Below, piece after piece: positions 48,598 to 60,923 of a DNA stretch of 64,000 nt (its first letter is position 1; each line of letters starts with the position of its first letter). The stretch is taken from positions 85,143,982-85,207,981 of the forward strand of contig NC_052146.1 in the NCBI RefSeq assembly GCF_902713615.1, in the 5' to 3' direction. This DNA is from Scyliorhinus canicula (lineage: Eukaryota). Both the position numbers and the translations under genes were made by a program. The notes beneath the pieces were generated by a model. It searched no databases. It was given only the letters and a program-made list of their open reading frames with translations, and was not told the origin of the DNA.

Positions 48598-49030
48598 ACC
48601 CCCGGCACCGTTCACATTTGTCCTACCTCCGGGACGAACCTGCTCATTCGGGTTCTGGTTAGGTGTGTACTGTGTACCACTTTAAACTGCATGAGGCTTA
48701 GCCTGGCACCAGAAGAGATGGAGTTGGCCCTACTCAGTGCTTCGCTCCAGAGTCCCCAGCCCACTTCTGTCCCCAATTCGTCCTCCCATTTTCGTCTGGC
48801 TTCGTCCAGTGGTAGTCTTACCCTATCCAGTAGCATATCTAAGCAGGCATATGTGCATAGTGACTGGTGTGCAAGAACATCCAGGTCTCTTTGTATACCA
48901 ACATTTCCCAATCTATCACTACATAAATAATATTCTGCCACTCTACTTCTCCATCTGAAGAAGATAGTTTCACATATATCCACATTATACTGCTTTTGCC
49001 ATGTACTTTCCCACTCACTCAACCTGTCTA
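48512..49030 (-). mobile_element. Fused L1/Tx1 ORF2 C-terminal fragment (48512-48832) and CR1 fragment (48835-49030)
   Basis: ARRKWEDELG..LMQFKVVH (L1) preceded by RLSEW..QYNV..GIQRDLDVL (CR1). Confidence 0.75.
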
Positions 49031-49961
49031 GCTGGACTGAGGAGGAACGCTGGGCACGATAAAGAGAAATACATTGATTAGATAATTATTGAAGAGCATA
49101 AGCAAAACTTCATTCCTTCAGAACTTTTGAATCAAATGGATAAACTTCCCTGTTCACTGTTTGATGGTGGTCAGAGTACAATTGTGAATGACACCATTCT
49201 CTCCTAAAGCATTTTCCTGCTGCCATATCAATAGCCACAAGCACCAGCATCTGTCACTCCATGCTCCCCATGTTTACTGGACACAGTCCAAGCTTGCCAG
49301 CTGCTCTGCTTCTCAGCCTGTCCAAGCCCCTGTCAACAGCAGCAATTCTTTATCCTTCATCGCTCTCTTCAAAAATCACTGTGCTTTGACCTTTCTGAGC
49401 TTTTTTACTCTCCTCCTCTCTGGCCCCTTTTTATTTTCCTGCACTGTGCGAGAGTGTCTACACACCCTTGTGTGCACCTCCCTCATCAGTTAGCATCCAG
49501 AACATTTTGTCATTAAAATGTTATTCTGGCAAAGCAGAGGAGATAGCTGTACAGCTGCTTCCTGTAGCACACTGCTTCATTTCATCATTACTTTCCAGGA
49601 ATATTGATTTGACGGGGCACCACTTTAAATATAAAAAAGTTAAAGATTTAAGATATTCATTTACAACAATAGCTTATATTTATATAGTGCTTTTGATGTA
49701 AGGAGACAGTCCTAAATATTTAACTGGGTAGAAAGATGTTTACAATGTTTTCTATCAATAAGTAACCATTTTTTAAAAAGCAACTTTTCATGTCTCTGTT
49801 GGACTCACCCCACATCCCAAAGATGTGCAGGGTAGGTTGATTGGCCATACTAAATTGCCATTTAATTGAAATTTTTTTTAAAGGGAACAAAATAAAGTTA
49901 TTGAGATTTATGATTGGCCAAAAATAGATTGAACGTGTAACACGGAATAAACTCATATATG

Positions 49962-49976
49962 AGGCAAGATTCTCCG

Positions 49977-50017
<41 letters not shown>

Positions 50018-50690
50018 CCCCCCGACCCCCCACCGCTGAGTCGGAGAATCACCGGTGGGTGGCATGAATCCCGCCCCGCGGCTCCGACGCCGGCTGCCGA
50101 AATCTCCAGCGCCGCTTTTCGGGCGGGGGCGCTGATCACATGCGCTGGTTGGGGGCCGCTGCCAACGCCCCCCCCCCCCCCCCGTCAATTCTCCGGACCC
50201 CGATGGGCCGAGCAACCGCCCGTTTTCGGCCAGTCCCGCTGCCGTGAAATGGTCCATCCCTGCGGGACCTGGATTGGAAGGTGGCTAGCGGAGTCCTCGC
50301 GGGGGTGCGGAGGGGATCCGGCCCCGGGGGGGACACCCACGGTGGCCAGGCCCGCAATCGCGGCCCACCAATCTGCGGGCAGGTCTGTGCCGTGGGGACA
50401 CTCTTTCCCTCCGCACCGGCCTCTGTGAGGCACCGCCATGGTCGGCGCGGAGAAGAAACACCCTGCGCATGTGCCTGAACACGGCGGTGGTTCTGCATAT
50501 GCGCCAACTCGCGCCGGCCCACGGCGGCCCTTCGGTGCCGGTTGGCACGGCGCCAACCTCTCCAGCATTGGCCTAGCCCCCGGAAGTGCAGAGGATTCCG
50601 CAACTTCAGGGTGGTCCGATGCTGGAGTGGTTTGCGCCGCTCTTGGAGCCGGCGTCGAGCCGTCCCAACAATTGCGGGAGAATCCCGGCC
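49962..50690. mobile_element. GC/CpG-rich MITE (~730 bp)
   Basis: AGGCAAGATTCTCC ... GGAGAATCCCGGCC; internal GGAGAATC hairpin end at 50043; related to 23561 element. Confidence 0.8.
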
Positions 50691-50779
50691 TAGGTCTGTC
50701 AGTACAATAGCACGCATACATGGTGAATGGTAAGACAGCATACCAAGAAACATTTCGGGCATGATCTACTCGAGTGGGA

Positions 50780-51512
50780 ACAGCACCCATAGTGTGCAAT
50801 TAGCCATGTGTTTACTGATGCGCTGAACGCCAAGAAACACCACGCTATCGAACGGCCATTCAAGTAGATGACCTTTTCTGCACTGAGGAGCTTCGCTCAC
50901 CGGAACTCCTCAATGCAGGGAGAGATCAGGAACCCATTTTTAAAAGGTGTCTTGATCTTTCGACCCCCCCGTTGTCACCTCCAAGCTCCAACTCACCTAT
51001 AAGGGGGTCCCCGCTGCCCCCATCACACAGGGCACCCCAAGCCCAATCCCCATTGCGTGATAAATGCCAGCTGGGTAGTGCCAGCCTGGCACCCGGCAGT
51101 GCCTCTGCCAGTTGGCAATGTCACCTGAGCACCTTGGTAGTACCAGGCTGGCTGTGCCAGAGTGCCACCCTGCCCAGAGGACAAGCATCTGGGGGCCTCT
51201 GATCCCCTGGGAGACCCCCACAAGTACTGTTCTGTCTGGTTCCCATTTGTGGAGACCAGTAATCAACGGCTGTCCCCCGAGGTTTCCAAGGCAAGGGGGT
51301 TAGATCCCACGCTTTGGATAGATCTCAGGAATGTATATTAGAGTGAGATTATCTGTCCCACTCTAATATGCAGATTTACCAGAAAGTGATCCCGCCCATT
51401 CACATCACAACATCTCGCGAATTCACATTAGATCTCATGAGGAGTGGGAAGGGGGATCTCCCGGCATCGCTGAGCTGTTTTCTGGGTGCAACGTGGCTGG
51501 TAGGCCTCACCC
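50780..51512. mobile_element. GC-rich MITE (GGCAC/GTGCC family)
   Basis: Colinear with 26200-26710; left part resembles 24820-24920. Confidence 0.6.
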
Positions 51513-51636
51513 TATCTTTCTGTTAGACAGAATTCACCAAGTCACTGAAACCCAGCATCATAGTGGCCTATGTACAGTTTGTCCAATGGGCAGCTCAGAT
51601 TTAAGGTGATTGGCACAACAAATGTAATTGAAAAGA

Positions 51637-51930
51637 ACCAGATGAAAAGTCATCAACCTGAAATGTAAACTCTGTGGTCAGAACCTTCCGGTCGTTCATG
51701 TCAGCGCATTCTGCAGTCCTGCAGTGCACACCCCCAGCACAGGTTTCACAGCAGTGAGGGATGCACTCAACAGGAAACCCCTTGACAATGTCAGGACTAG
51801 AAGGTCCCGCCTCCGGCAAATGGTGGGCTGCCCCTTCTGTCTCTCTCCACAGATGCTGCCTGACCTGTTGAGTTATTCCAGCATGTTTGTTTCTATTTCA
51901 GATCTCCAGCATCCACAGTGTTTAGCTTTT
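51637..51930 (+). mobile_element. Penelope-like pLTR (family 2) with decayed hammerhead core, split by a small MITE (51677-51834)
   Basis: CAGATGAA..GAAATGTAAACTCTG | TCTCTCTCCACAGATGCTGCCTGACCTG..CCAGCATCC. Confidence 0.6.
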
Positions 51931-52402
51931 GTAATCTTTACATAATGCGTGGATTTGGAATTCATTGCCTGATGGTGGGTAAAGAATCAGTGGGGACCTT
52001 CGAAAGGGTATTGGATAAATAGAGAGATTAAATTGTCAGGGATATGGGGAAAGAGCAGGAAAGTGGGATTAACGAGATCACTCCTCAAAAATACAAATGC
52101 AGACTCTATGGGCTGAATGGTCTTCTTCTATGTTGCACTATTTGTTTCTATGAAAGCTATTCCATGTTGCAGGAGATCAAGGAGTGGGTATTTCCCAACA
52201 ATCGTTGTGATCTCTGGAAAGACTACTGGAGAAACACTTACAAATATTTTACAACAAATTTCTTTGGTGATGTTACTGCTCAAAATGCCAGCATAGTCAA
52301 CCATTCAGTAATGTTCACAAAATGGCTGACCAGTATACAATGTCTTGCATCGCATATTTTACTGAGAAGTAACCACCACCGAGAAGACTTTGCCTCATCT
52401 TT

Positions 52403-52635
52403 TTTTTTTCTTTTTTTTTTAAATTTAGAGTATCCAATTATTTTTTCCAATTAAGGGGCAATTTAACGTGGCCAATCCACCTAACCTGCACATCTTTGGG
52501 TTGTGGGGGCGAAACTCACGCAGACACGGGGAGAATGTGCAAACCCCACACGGACAGTGACCCAGGGCCGGGATTCAAACCCAGGTCCTCAGCGCCGTAG
52601 GCAGCAATGCTAACCACTGTGCCACCGTGCTGCCC
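52403..52635 (-). mobile_element. SINE type B with 14-bp TSD
   Basis: TSD TTTGCCTCATCTTT (52389-52402, 52642-52655); 6 extra nt at the 5' junction. Confidence 0.92.
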
Positions 52636-53989
52636 TATTAATTTGCCTCATCTTTAATTGAGGTAAAATTGTAGGCATTTCACTAAAATGACTGAAGAGA
52701 ACAAATCTTCCCTTGCACACACCCCTCCAAAATCTCGTTTTAAGAACCATCCTTGATTGAAAATGGCAGGGGAAGAGCAGTTTCTGGAAAGCTGTTGAAA
52801 TATGAGATAAGGTTAAGTGGGTGACTCAATCTTTCAGCGCTTGAAACTTGACAGGTCAATGATAATCTCAAAGCAGGGACGCAGAGTACTTTTACCATGA
52901 GGTAATTTAAATGGAGCGTTGCCACCCTGCAAACTCCGGCATTGTTACAACATACCTGTTTACACAGGCTGGACACAATGGTTCTGGCCTAATCTACCCT
53001 GAACTGTTTAAGTAAAAGGTGGTAACTGTTTACGTAGCAACTCTGACATATAACCCCTGCCACTGCTATATTATGAATATAATTTGTCATATATCAAAAA
53101 CAACTGGAGTCTGAAGCACAAGAGCTGAAAGTTCAGATTTTTTTATTTAACCATGGGATATGGGTGTCACTGGAAATGCCAGCATTTATTGTCCATCCCT
53201 AATTGCCCCGGAGAAGGTGGTGGTGAGAGGCTGCGTTGAATAGAACCGAATGACTTGTGTTCTGAGATTGGTCCTTCTATTTTGGACTCCAGGGGACTTG
53301 GTTCTTAGACAGACTGTAGACATACTCTGGTACCTGCCAAACCCTTGTTATTAATAGCACATCTAAATAGGTTACCGAGTAGACATGTAGCCCCTAGGGA
53401 TGAATCCAACCTCTCTCAAATGGATTTAGTGCATGACTGACTGATGTAGTGGTACATCATCACCGATGTCGGGCATGAGCATATCCCATCTGTTAACCCC
53501 TTTCTACACAAGCATACTATCTTACTCTTTAACAACAACATTGAACTATGTATTTAACTATTTACATTACATTTCTGAAACTCCCTTCTTTACAATTTTC
53601 GATTCTGCCCAACTCAAACTCCTACTTCCCTCCCCAAGACATAATCCTGGGGCATTCAATCTCCCGCAGTATTCTCAGCCCTTGCAGCATCATCTGCAGA
53701 ATGGGCCAACACTTCATTCTCATTGCTGTCAGCATTGTTGGGAAGCAGAGTGTGGATTGCGGATGACTGAACTGCAAGGACAATGTAAATGTCTCAATGA
53801 TCGAGAAAGAGAAGAATGAAGAGAATTGACTTTTGGACCTTCTGGGACTAGAAGTGAAGAACTCAGGACACTCCCTTGAAGGATTCGAGGAAGAGGCTTC
53901 AAAAGAGGAATGATCTTCAGCTCCCGGGAAGAACATCACAACTGTATCATTCACAGCTATATCAAAGGGTGTGATTCAGCCACTGCATT

Positions 53990-54340
53990 AGAACATAGAA
54001 CATAGAACAGTACAGCACAGAACAGGCCCTTCGGCCCTCAATGTTGTGCCGAGCCATGATCACCCTACTCAACCCACGTATCCACCCTATACCCGTAACA
54101 GAACAACCCCCCCCCCTTAAACTTACTTTTATTAGGACACTACGGGCAATTTAGCATGGCCAATTCACCTAACCCGCACATCTTTGGACTGTGGGAGGAA
54201 ACCGGAGCACCCGGAGGAAACCCACGCACACAGGGGGAGGACGTGCAGACTCCACACAGACAGTGACCCAGCCGGGAATCGAACCTGGGACCCTGGAGCT
54301 GTGAAGCATTTATGCTAACCACCATGCTACCCTGCTGCCC
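53990..54340 (-). mobile_element. HE1-like V-SINE, young subfamily
   Basis: Almost identical to 37465-37820. Confidence 0.92.
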
Positions 54341-54344
54341 CCAA

Positions 54345-55079
54345 ATTGCACCTGGCACGGAGCTGGGCGCAATGGGAGAATCTTATGAGAGCTCCAAATC
54401 GACCTCAGTGCTGGGCGGCGAGCCATTAAGCTTATTTAAATTCCCGGACACATTGCCAGGGATCAACATCCACTTGCGAGACCTCAACTGGACGCGTTTA
54501 GTACTGATCTCCCCAATAGTGGACCAGGCGTGATGGCATCTTGGGAGGGGGAAGGGTGGTGGTGGTCTCACATGCCATTAGAAACCCCAGGTGATTGGGC
54601 TCTGTCCCCAGGCACTACCCCCTGGCATCTTGGCACTGCCAGCATGGCACCCTGGTAGTGTCACCCTGGCATTGACATGGTGCCCGGGTGGTACTTCAAG
54701 GGTGCTAGGGGTACTTGCAGGGTGCTAGGGGTGCTGTTGTGGTGGCACTGCCAGGGCCCAGCCTAGGGGGGTGTGCCTTGCCCATTAGAGCGGGGTGCTG
54801 AAGGTTGTGGGTGCGAAGGGGTAGTCCATAAAGTGGGGGGGCAGGGGTTGCACAGATCGGTTCTGCCTGATCAAAATGGTGCCCCAATCTGTGAGGAGCT
54901 ATTCCTTTCACCAGCAGGAAATCGATTAAAGTGTGACATTGGTAGTGAGATACTCCGGAGGCCCAAAAACCGGGAAGGTGCCGGTGAATAGCAGGTGATT
55001 CCTGGCACTGCAGCTGCCAAGAAACACTCCGCCAAATGCCCGAAAGCAGACTGGATTTTAAGTCCACTGAATCCCGCCC
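54345..55079. mobile_element. GC-rich MITE (GGCAC/GTGCC family)
   Basis: Ends CTGAATCCCGCCC; left end probably GGGTGTGATTCAG at 53967 with the SINE nested inside. Confidence 0.6.
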
Positions 55080-55837
55080 AAAGGTACTAAAGCTCTGAGA
55101 TTTCAATGACCTTTGAGGGTGTGGCAGCTTGAGCCAATGCTCTGGAGGCTTCCAGTAGTAACAAAGGGGTTTATTAATGAAAGGCAAAATCTGGTATATA
55201 TACAGACACAGAACACAAGGTCTAATCTCACATGCTCAGAGGTCCACATTGCCCATGCCCCAACTCCCAGGGCCCCACGCTTACTCACTATTGGCCGGCA
55301 TTCTGGCACTCCTGCACGTTTGGCCCCGAGCCTGTTATGTAGGCCATCAGGTCCACCCCTTAATGGGGCCATGCAACCAAATCTGGGCCCATGTCATATG
55401 TGGTGAATGTAAATAAATGGCTGAACTGTCAGAATGCATATTGACCATTTGAGCAGCCGGGGGGCTGCAACCCTCTTTCAGAGCAGACGGGTCCCAGTGG
55501 TGAGCTGACACTCAAGTGTATGTTCCTGACCAGAGGGAGCAGAGGAGTCAACCCAGCCTGCTAGGCCTTTGGAAGCCATTGAGACCAGTTCCCCTGCTAA
55601 CCCCCCAAACCCTTTATTATATTTTACACAATAACTATGTACGGGTTCTATGCACATGGCATCAGGGAGGAGAGAGTTCATCAAAGAGTCAACCGCTCAG
55701 GGCACCTTCGAGTCCTCCAAGGCCTCCATAGTCCTCCCAAGGGCCCCATAGCCTCCGAGGTAATCATGCTATCAGTGGCCGATGACAGCTCAAGAAATAC
55801 CATCTCCTTAGCAGGGGAACAGGGAACAGTCCGCCCT

Positions 55838-56038
55838 GTGGCTGTGTGGGTTTCCTCCGGGTGCTCCGGTTTCCTCCCACAAGTCCCGAAAGACGTGCTG
55901 TTAGGTAATTTGGACATTCTGAATTCTCCTTCAGTGTGCCCGAACAGGTGCAGGAATGTGGCGACTAGGGGCTTTTCACAGTAACTTCATTGCAGCGTTA
56001 ATATGAGCCTACTTGCGACAATAAAGATTATTATTATA
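55838..56038 (+). mobile_element. 5'-truncated SINE type D
   Basis: V-domain plus type-C tail ending ACAATAAAGATTATTATT. Confidence 0.88.
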
Positions 56039-56169
56039 ATGGGCCGATGAGAAGTTTGTTGGGCAGTCTTGGCGTTCTTGCTGCATTTTCACGCCACAAT
56101 GCAAGAATCTCAAAATGGCTGCCAGTGTGGAGTTTTTCCGTGTTTTTGCTTGATTTGGCGGGCTTACTA

Positions 56170-57110
56170 ATGTGTGGGGCCAATGCTTGTGGGCCTACTC
56201 AACCAACAGAGCCATGTGAACCCTCGGAGCCACTCCAAATTATAGCAATGAGGCCGTTGAATCTCGTGGGAGGCCTAACGTGAGATTTGCAATGCGAAAA
56301 ACGTCTCACCAAGATTCAACCGAAACTCGTGAGACGTCGTGATCTGGATTCCACCATCATTGAGCAAGATTCAGATGTATACATTTAAATGAGCCATTAT
56401 GCTCATTTAAGTTTGTCTGCACCGTATTCGCCCGGGGCCCGGGAGCTAACGCCTGGGAGACATCGCCTTTGCGCCATGTAGCACTGGTCCACACAAACGT
56501 AGAGAAGGAGTAAAGGCATGTGGGGGGACACAGGCCATTGGAGACAACCGGATGGCCGGGCTCTGGGCAAGGTCGGGGGCCGCTGGCACACCCATTGACA
56601 TTTGGGCACCTTGGTACTGCCACCTGGCCACCCTGGCAGTGGCACCCCACCACTGCCAGTATGCCTGGGTGGCATTGCCAGGCTATCAGGGGAATTACCA
56701 GGGTGCCAGGCTGACAGTGCCAATGTGCCCGGATGCCAGGTTGCCTCTGCCAGGAGTCAGGCCCGGTTATACTTTGCCCACAAGAGGTGGAATGAGGATG
56801 GGGTGGGGCTCGAGGAACCCGGGAGAGTTAAACTGGGTGTCATGGGGAAGTTCTGGCGGCCGCGGTAGGGGGCTGAGGGGGGTTGAAAGATTGGGCGTCT
56901 TTTTAAAATGATGCCATGATCCACGAGTACTCTTCCCGCACTGACGAGCTCAGTTCTGGAAATGCTGTAAAATGTGGCCTTGACGTGGCGCTTCTCGCCG
57001 AGACCAAAGAAATGGCAAAGTGACATTAAATAGCAGTGTCGTTCTTGGCACTGCAGGCACTGAGAAACAACCCGCTAAATGTGCCGGAAATGTGACTCTG
57101 CATTCTTTTG
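56170..57110. mobile_element. GC-rich MITE (GGCAC/GTGCC family)
   Basis: Reverse-oriented relative of 12690-13612 (ATTTAAATGAGCC..GCTCATTTAA hairpin at 56382 and 13406). Confidence 0.6.
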
Positions 57111-57167
57111 AATAGATATAGGGGTTGGGATTCTCTCAGTGCAGAGCCGAGCCGGAGAATCCCCGCG

Positions 57168-57675
57168 ACTGGAGTTCCAGGATGTTGCCCCAGTGACAGT
57201 GAAGGAACGGCGATATATTTACAAGTCAGGATGGTGAGTGACTTGGGGGGAAATCCAGGTGGTGGGGTTCCCAGGTTTGTGCTCCTCTTGTTCTTCTAGA
57301 TGGTGGTGGTCTTGGGTTTGAAAGGTGCTTTCTGAGGAACCTTGGTGAGTTACTGTAGTGCATCTATTAGATGATACGCACGGCTGCCATGGTTCATCAG
57401 TGGTGGAGGGTTTGAATGTTTGTGGAAGGAGGAACAATCAAGCGAATGCTTTGTCCTGGATGGTGTTGAGCTTCTTGAGTGTTGTTGGAGCTGTACTCAT
57501 CCAAACAAGTGGAGAGTATTCCATCACACTCCTGACTTGTGCCTTACAGATGGTGGGCAGGATTTGGGGGGCTCAGGAGTTCAGTTACTTGCCTAGGATT
57601 CCGAGCCTTTGACCTGCCCTGGTAGCCACAGTTTAACTATGGCTAGTCCAAATCAGTTTCCGATCAATGGGAAGC
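57168..57675 (-). mobile_element. CR1/L2-like LINE fragment
   Basis: Colinear with 41870-42580. Confidence 0.85.
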
Positions 57676-57676
57676 C

Positions 57677-57728
57677 CGGCACATTTTTCAGGGATCACCG
57701 CCACGTCGGTCAGGGGCCGTTGACAGCG

Positions 57729-57759
<31 letters not shown>

Positions 57760-58302
57760 CGATTCTCCGGGCCTCGATGGGCCGAGTGGCTGATGAGTTT
57801 GGCCGAGTCCCACTGGCGTGGATTACTCAGCTCCCACACAGCGGGACCTAGAAGGTGAGTGTTCGGGGGCCGTCCTTGAGGGAGGGGCGGGGGTACCCGA
57901 CCCCGGGGGGGGGGGGGGGGGGGTCCCCATGGTGGCCTGGCCCGCGATCGAGGCCTAGCGATCGGCGGGCGGGTTGGTTCTGTGGTCGCCTATTTTACTC
58001 CGTGACGGACCCCTGTAGGGCTCTACCATATTGCCTGGGGGCCGGCACGGAGAAGGGAACCACCCGCGCATGTGTGGAAATACGCCGGCCGCTCTGCGCA
58101 TAAATACGCCGGCCATTTCGTGCATGCGCAAACTCACGTGGGCCGTTCCGTGCCAACTGGAGCTGCGGGGGCGACTCTGGCGTCAACCTAGTCCCCTAGA
58201 AAGGGGAGAATTCCTCACTTTCGGGGGCCGTTCGCGCCGGAGTTGTTGCCGCCGGTTTTCACGCCGCGTGGGGACATAGCCCCATTATTAGAGAACCCTG
58301 CC
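57677..58302. mobile_element. GC/CpG-rich MITE
   Basis: Ends GAGAACCCTGCCC; internal GGCGATTCTCC..CGATGGGCCGAG block shared with 24100 and 50190. Confidence 0.65.
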
Positions 58303-59358
58303 CTTTGTGTGTGTGAGTCAAATGAGTGAGGCACCACAGTTTAGAACAGTGAGTGGTAATAAATAACCTCTTTTATTTTAAAACTCACAAAGAACTTGCT
58401 GCTGGGACAATTTGCATTGGGGCAATCACTCTGAGGTTAACAAAACACACATTTTACGTACAGGCGATAAGAAAACACCAATATTCTGTACATGACACCT
58501 GTAAAGGGACAAAAAATTCTGACGTGGAGGGAAAAAAAACTGGAGAACGACAATAGGAAATTGTGTTTATTGCCCTCCTGCAACAGTGTCTTTCTGGTTA
58601 AACACAATCTGTTTTGTGCAAACAAATCCTCTGAAGACTGAGGAACCCATAACAAGCCTGGTAGGCGTCAGTTATCAATGAGATTTGAACCCATGACTCC
58701 AGGATTGGGGAGTATCTTTCTTAACAAAAGGAAGTGCCTTTAAGAATGAAAGATTATGAGGATATTGGTACTTCCAGGGGAAACTGTCCAGACCATGACA
58801 AAGGACCAAATCACGATACATGTGGCCATGAAGATAAAGAACAATAAGTGGATTTCACAGATTCAGCTTCCTGTAGGTTTGTTCTCAATGTCACAGTAAA
58901 ATGCGTCATTCCTATTTAATGCAGGAACAATCAACTGACACGTTTTGCAAACTTCCTGCCACCTCTCGAGTTAGTCTGCTCACTTCCTCCCTCAACAATT
59001 CAATGTCCTTCCACACAATGTCCTTCCACACTCAATGTCCCTTTGGGAAATCCTGCAGTACTGTTCAAATCACAACCCAGGTTCCACTCCCCAATGATCT
59101 AAGATCATCCTGAACACACTGTCTACAGTGTATAGTTGATCTAATTAGTCCACCAGTGAATAGCCAGTTGATGTTAAATATTACTTCGGTCAAAATACAC
59201 ATAACAGGAATTAACATATTAATACCAGAATGTGTATCCTATTATAAAATTTGTTTTCCCATTTGCTGCATTTATGTGAGAGGAAAAAAGAGGTAGAATT
59301 CAATTATCTGCAGAGACAGCCTATTGTTACGCTGGAGAGATATACGTTCAGAGATGTT

Positions 59359-59650
59359 GGGTGGGATTCTTCTTCCGTCCACGGAAGTGGGTTTCTCCGG
59401 TCCCACTGCAGTGAATAGGACATTTGGCTGAGTGCCAAGTTCTCTGTCCTCACTAGCAGCGACAGTAGGGTAGACTCGCAACAGGGAATCCCAGCTGTTG
59501 TATTTCAGAAAAGGGCTGGAATTCTCCGACCATCGTGATTCGCTTTTCCCGCTGACAGCACCCCCCAGGCAGTGTGCTTCGCAGCGACATGGGGGTCGCT
59601 GCAATGGAAAATTCCATTGACAAGCGGCGGGAAGTGAGAGTCCCGCTGCC
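59359..59650. mobile_element. Two small GC-rich MITEs (59359-59494, 59512-59650)
   Basis: GGGTGGGATTCT..GGGAATCCCAGC; GGGCTGGAATTCTCC.. Confidence 0.6.
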
Positions 59651-59654
59651 AACA

Positions 59655-60065
59655 ATTGGACAGGCTAGGCTTGTACCTGCTGGAGTTCAGAAGAGTAAGA
59701 AGTCACTGATTGTAAATCTTTCAGATCCTAAGGGGCTTTGACGGAGTGGATGTGGAGAGGATGTTTCCTCTTATGGGAGAATCTAGAACTAGGGAGTCAC
59801 TGTTTCAAAATATGGGGTAGCCCATTTAAAACGGAGATGAGGAGAAAAATTTTCACTCAGAGGGTGTGAGTCTCTGGAACTCTCTTCTTGAAAAGGCAGA
59901 ATCTTTGAAGATTTTTAAGGCGGAGTGGATAGATTCTTGATAAGCAAGGGCGTGAGAGGTTATCCGGAGTCAGCAAGAATGTGGGATTAAGATCAGTTAA
60001 TGATCTTACTGAATGGCTCGAGGGGGTGAGGTGTGTCCTCCTGTTCCTAGTTCGGATGTTGTTCG
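59655..60065 (+). mobile_element. CR1 3' end
   Basis: LDRLGLYLLEFRRVR..GESRTR; tail CTCCTGTTCCTAGTTCGGATGTT; related to 20025-20440. Confidence 0.85.
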
Positions 60066-60326
60066 TACCCGGACTTCTTGCTTCTGTTTAATTATGATTA
60101 CACATGTCAAGTGCTGTCATTGCATAATTTATTCTCCACTGAAACTGTCTTATTAATATCAGCAGCATTCGTCTGTCGTCAGTTGTACTCTATTGTGTAA
60201 ACATTCGCAGGTTAAATCCTATTTCTTAGAAGGACAAAGGTCTTGTTCATCTTTGATTGCCTGGTTTGCAATGTAGCTGAAGCAACAGACGGTGTAAGAC
60301 AATTGGGTTCAGTGAATTATGCTGCC

Positions 60327-60576
60327 TGTTATAACCCCCGCGGAGGTTGCTGCAACAGGACTGTCAAATTCCCTGTGACCTCGACTGCCTACGAGCTTCC
60401 TCGGTAATGGGGGCGAGGCTCTCCCTTTACTGGGGATTAGATCACCAGTATAAATCCCCGACCTGGATGCAGGTCGAGCGGGAGACCCTTCAGGGAGTGT
60501 AGATTCTTGCATACCGTAAATAAACTTTTGCTTTCTATCTGCTCAGTCCATGAGTGCTACTTTCGCGAGTTCTGCA
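60327..60576 (+). mobile_element. Solo LTR, 250 bp
   Basis: TG...CA termini, perfect 5-bp TSD CTGCC (60322-60326, 60577-60581), TATAAAT (60449) and AATAAA (60519). Confidence 0.85.
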
Positions 60577-60685
60577 CTGCCCATATTCTTAGGCATTGCT
60601 GTTAGAAAATTTATGGGTTAGCTGAGGATAGGAGTAGGTTCAGTTCTGATTACCTCCCATCATAAGAGTTTAATAACCCCATGAC

Positions 60686-60923
60686 GGGCAGCACGGTGGC
60701 CTAGTGGTTAGCACAACCGCCTCACGGCGCTGAGGTCCCAGGTTCGATACCGGCTCTGGGTCACTGTCCGTGTGGAGTTTGCACATTCTCCCCGTGTCTG
60801 CGTGGGTTTCGCCCCCACAACCCAAAAACGTGCAGAGTAGGTGGATTGGCCACGCTAAATTGCCCCTTAATAGAAAAAATAATTGGGTAATCTAAATTTT
60901 TAAAAAAAAAAAAAAAAAAAAAA
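60686..60923 (+). mobile_element. SINE type B, very young, long poly(A)
   Basis: 14-bp TSD AATAACCCCATGAC (60672-60685, 60924-60937); uninterrupted A-run of over 20 nt. Confidence 0.95.

Noticed and set aside
49962-50800. CpG-island promoter or 200-aa ORFs
   Set aside because: CpG richness and ORFs lie within a repeated MITE bounded by terminal repeats
60686-60760. tRNA genes at SINE heads
   Set aside because: A/B boxes are present but each continues into SINE body and tail; no full cloverleaf or terminator
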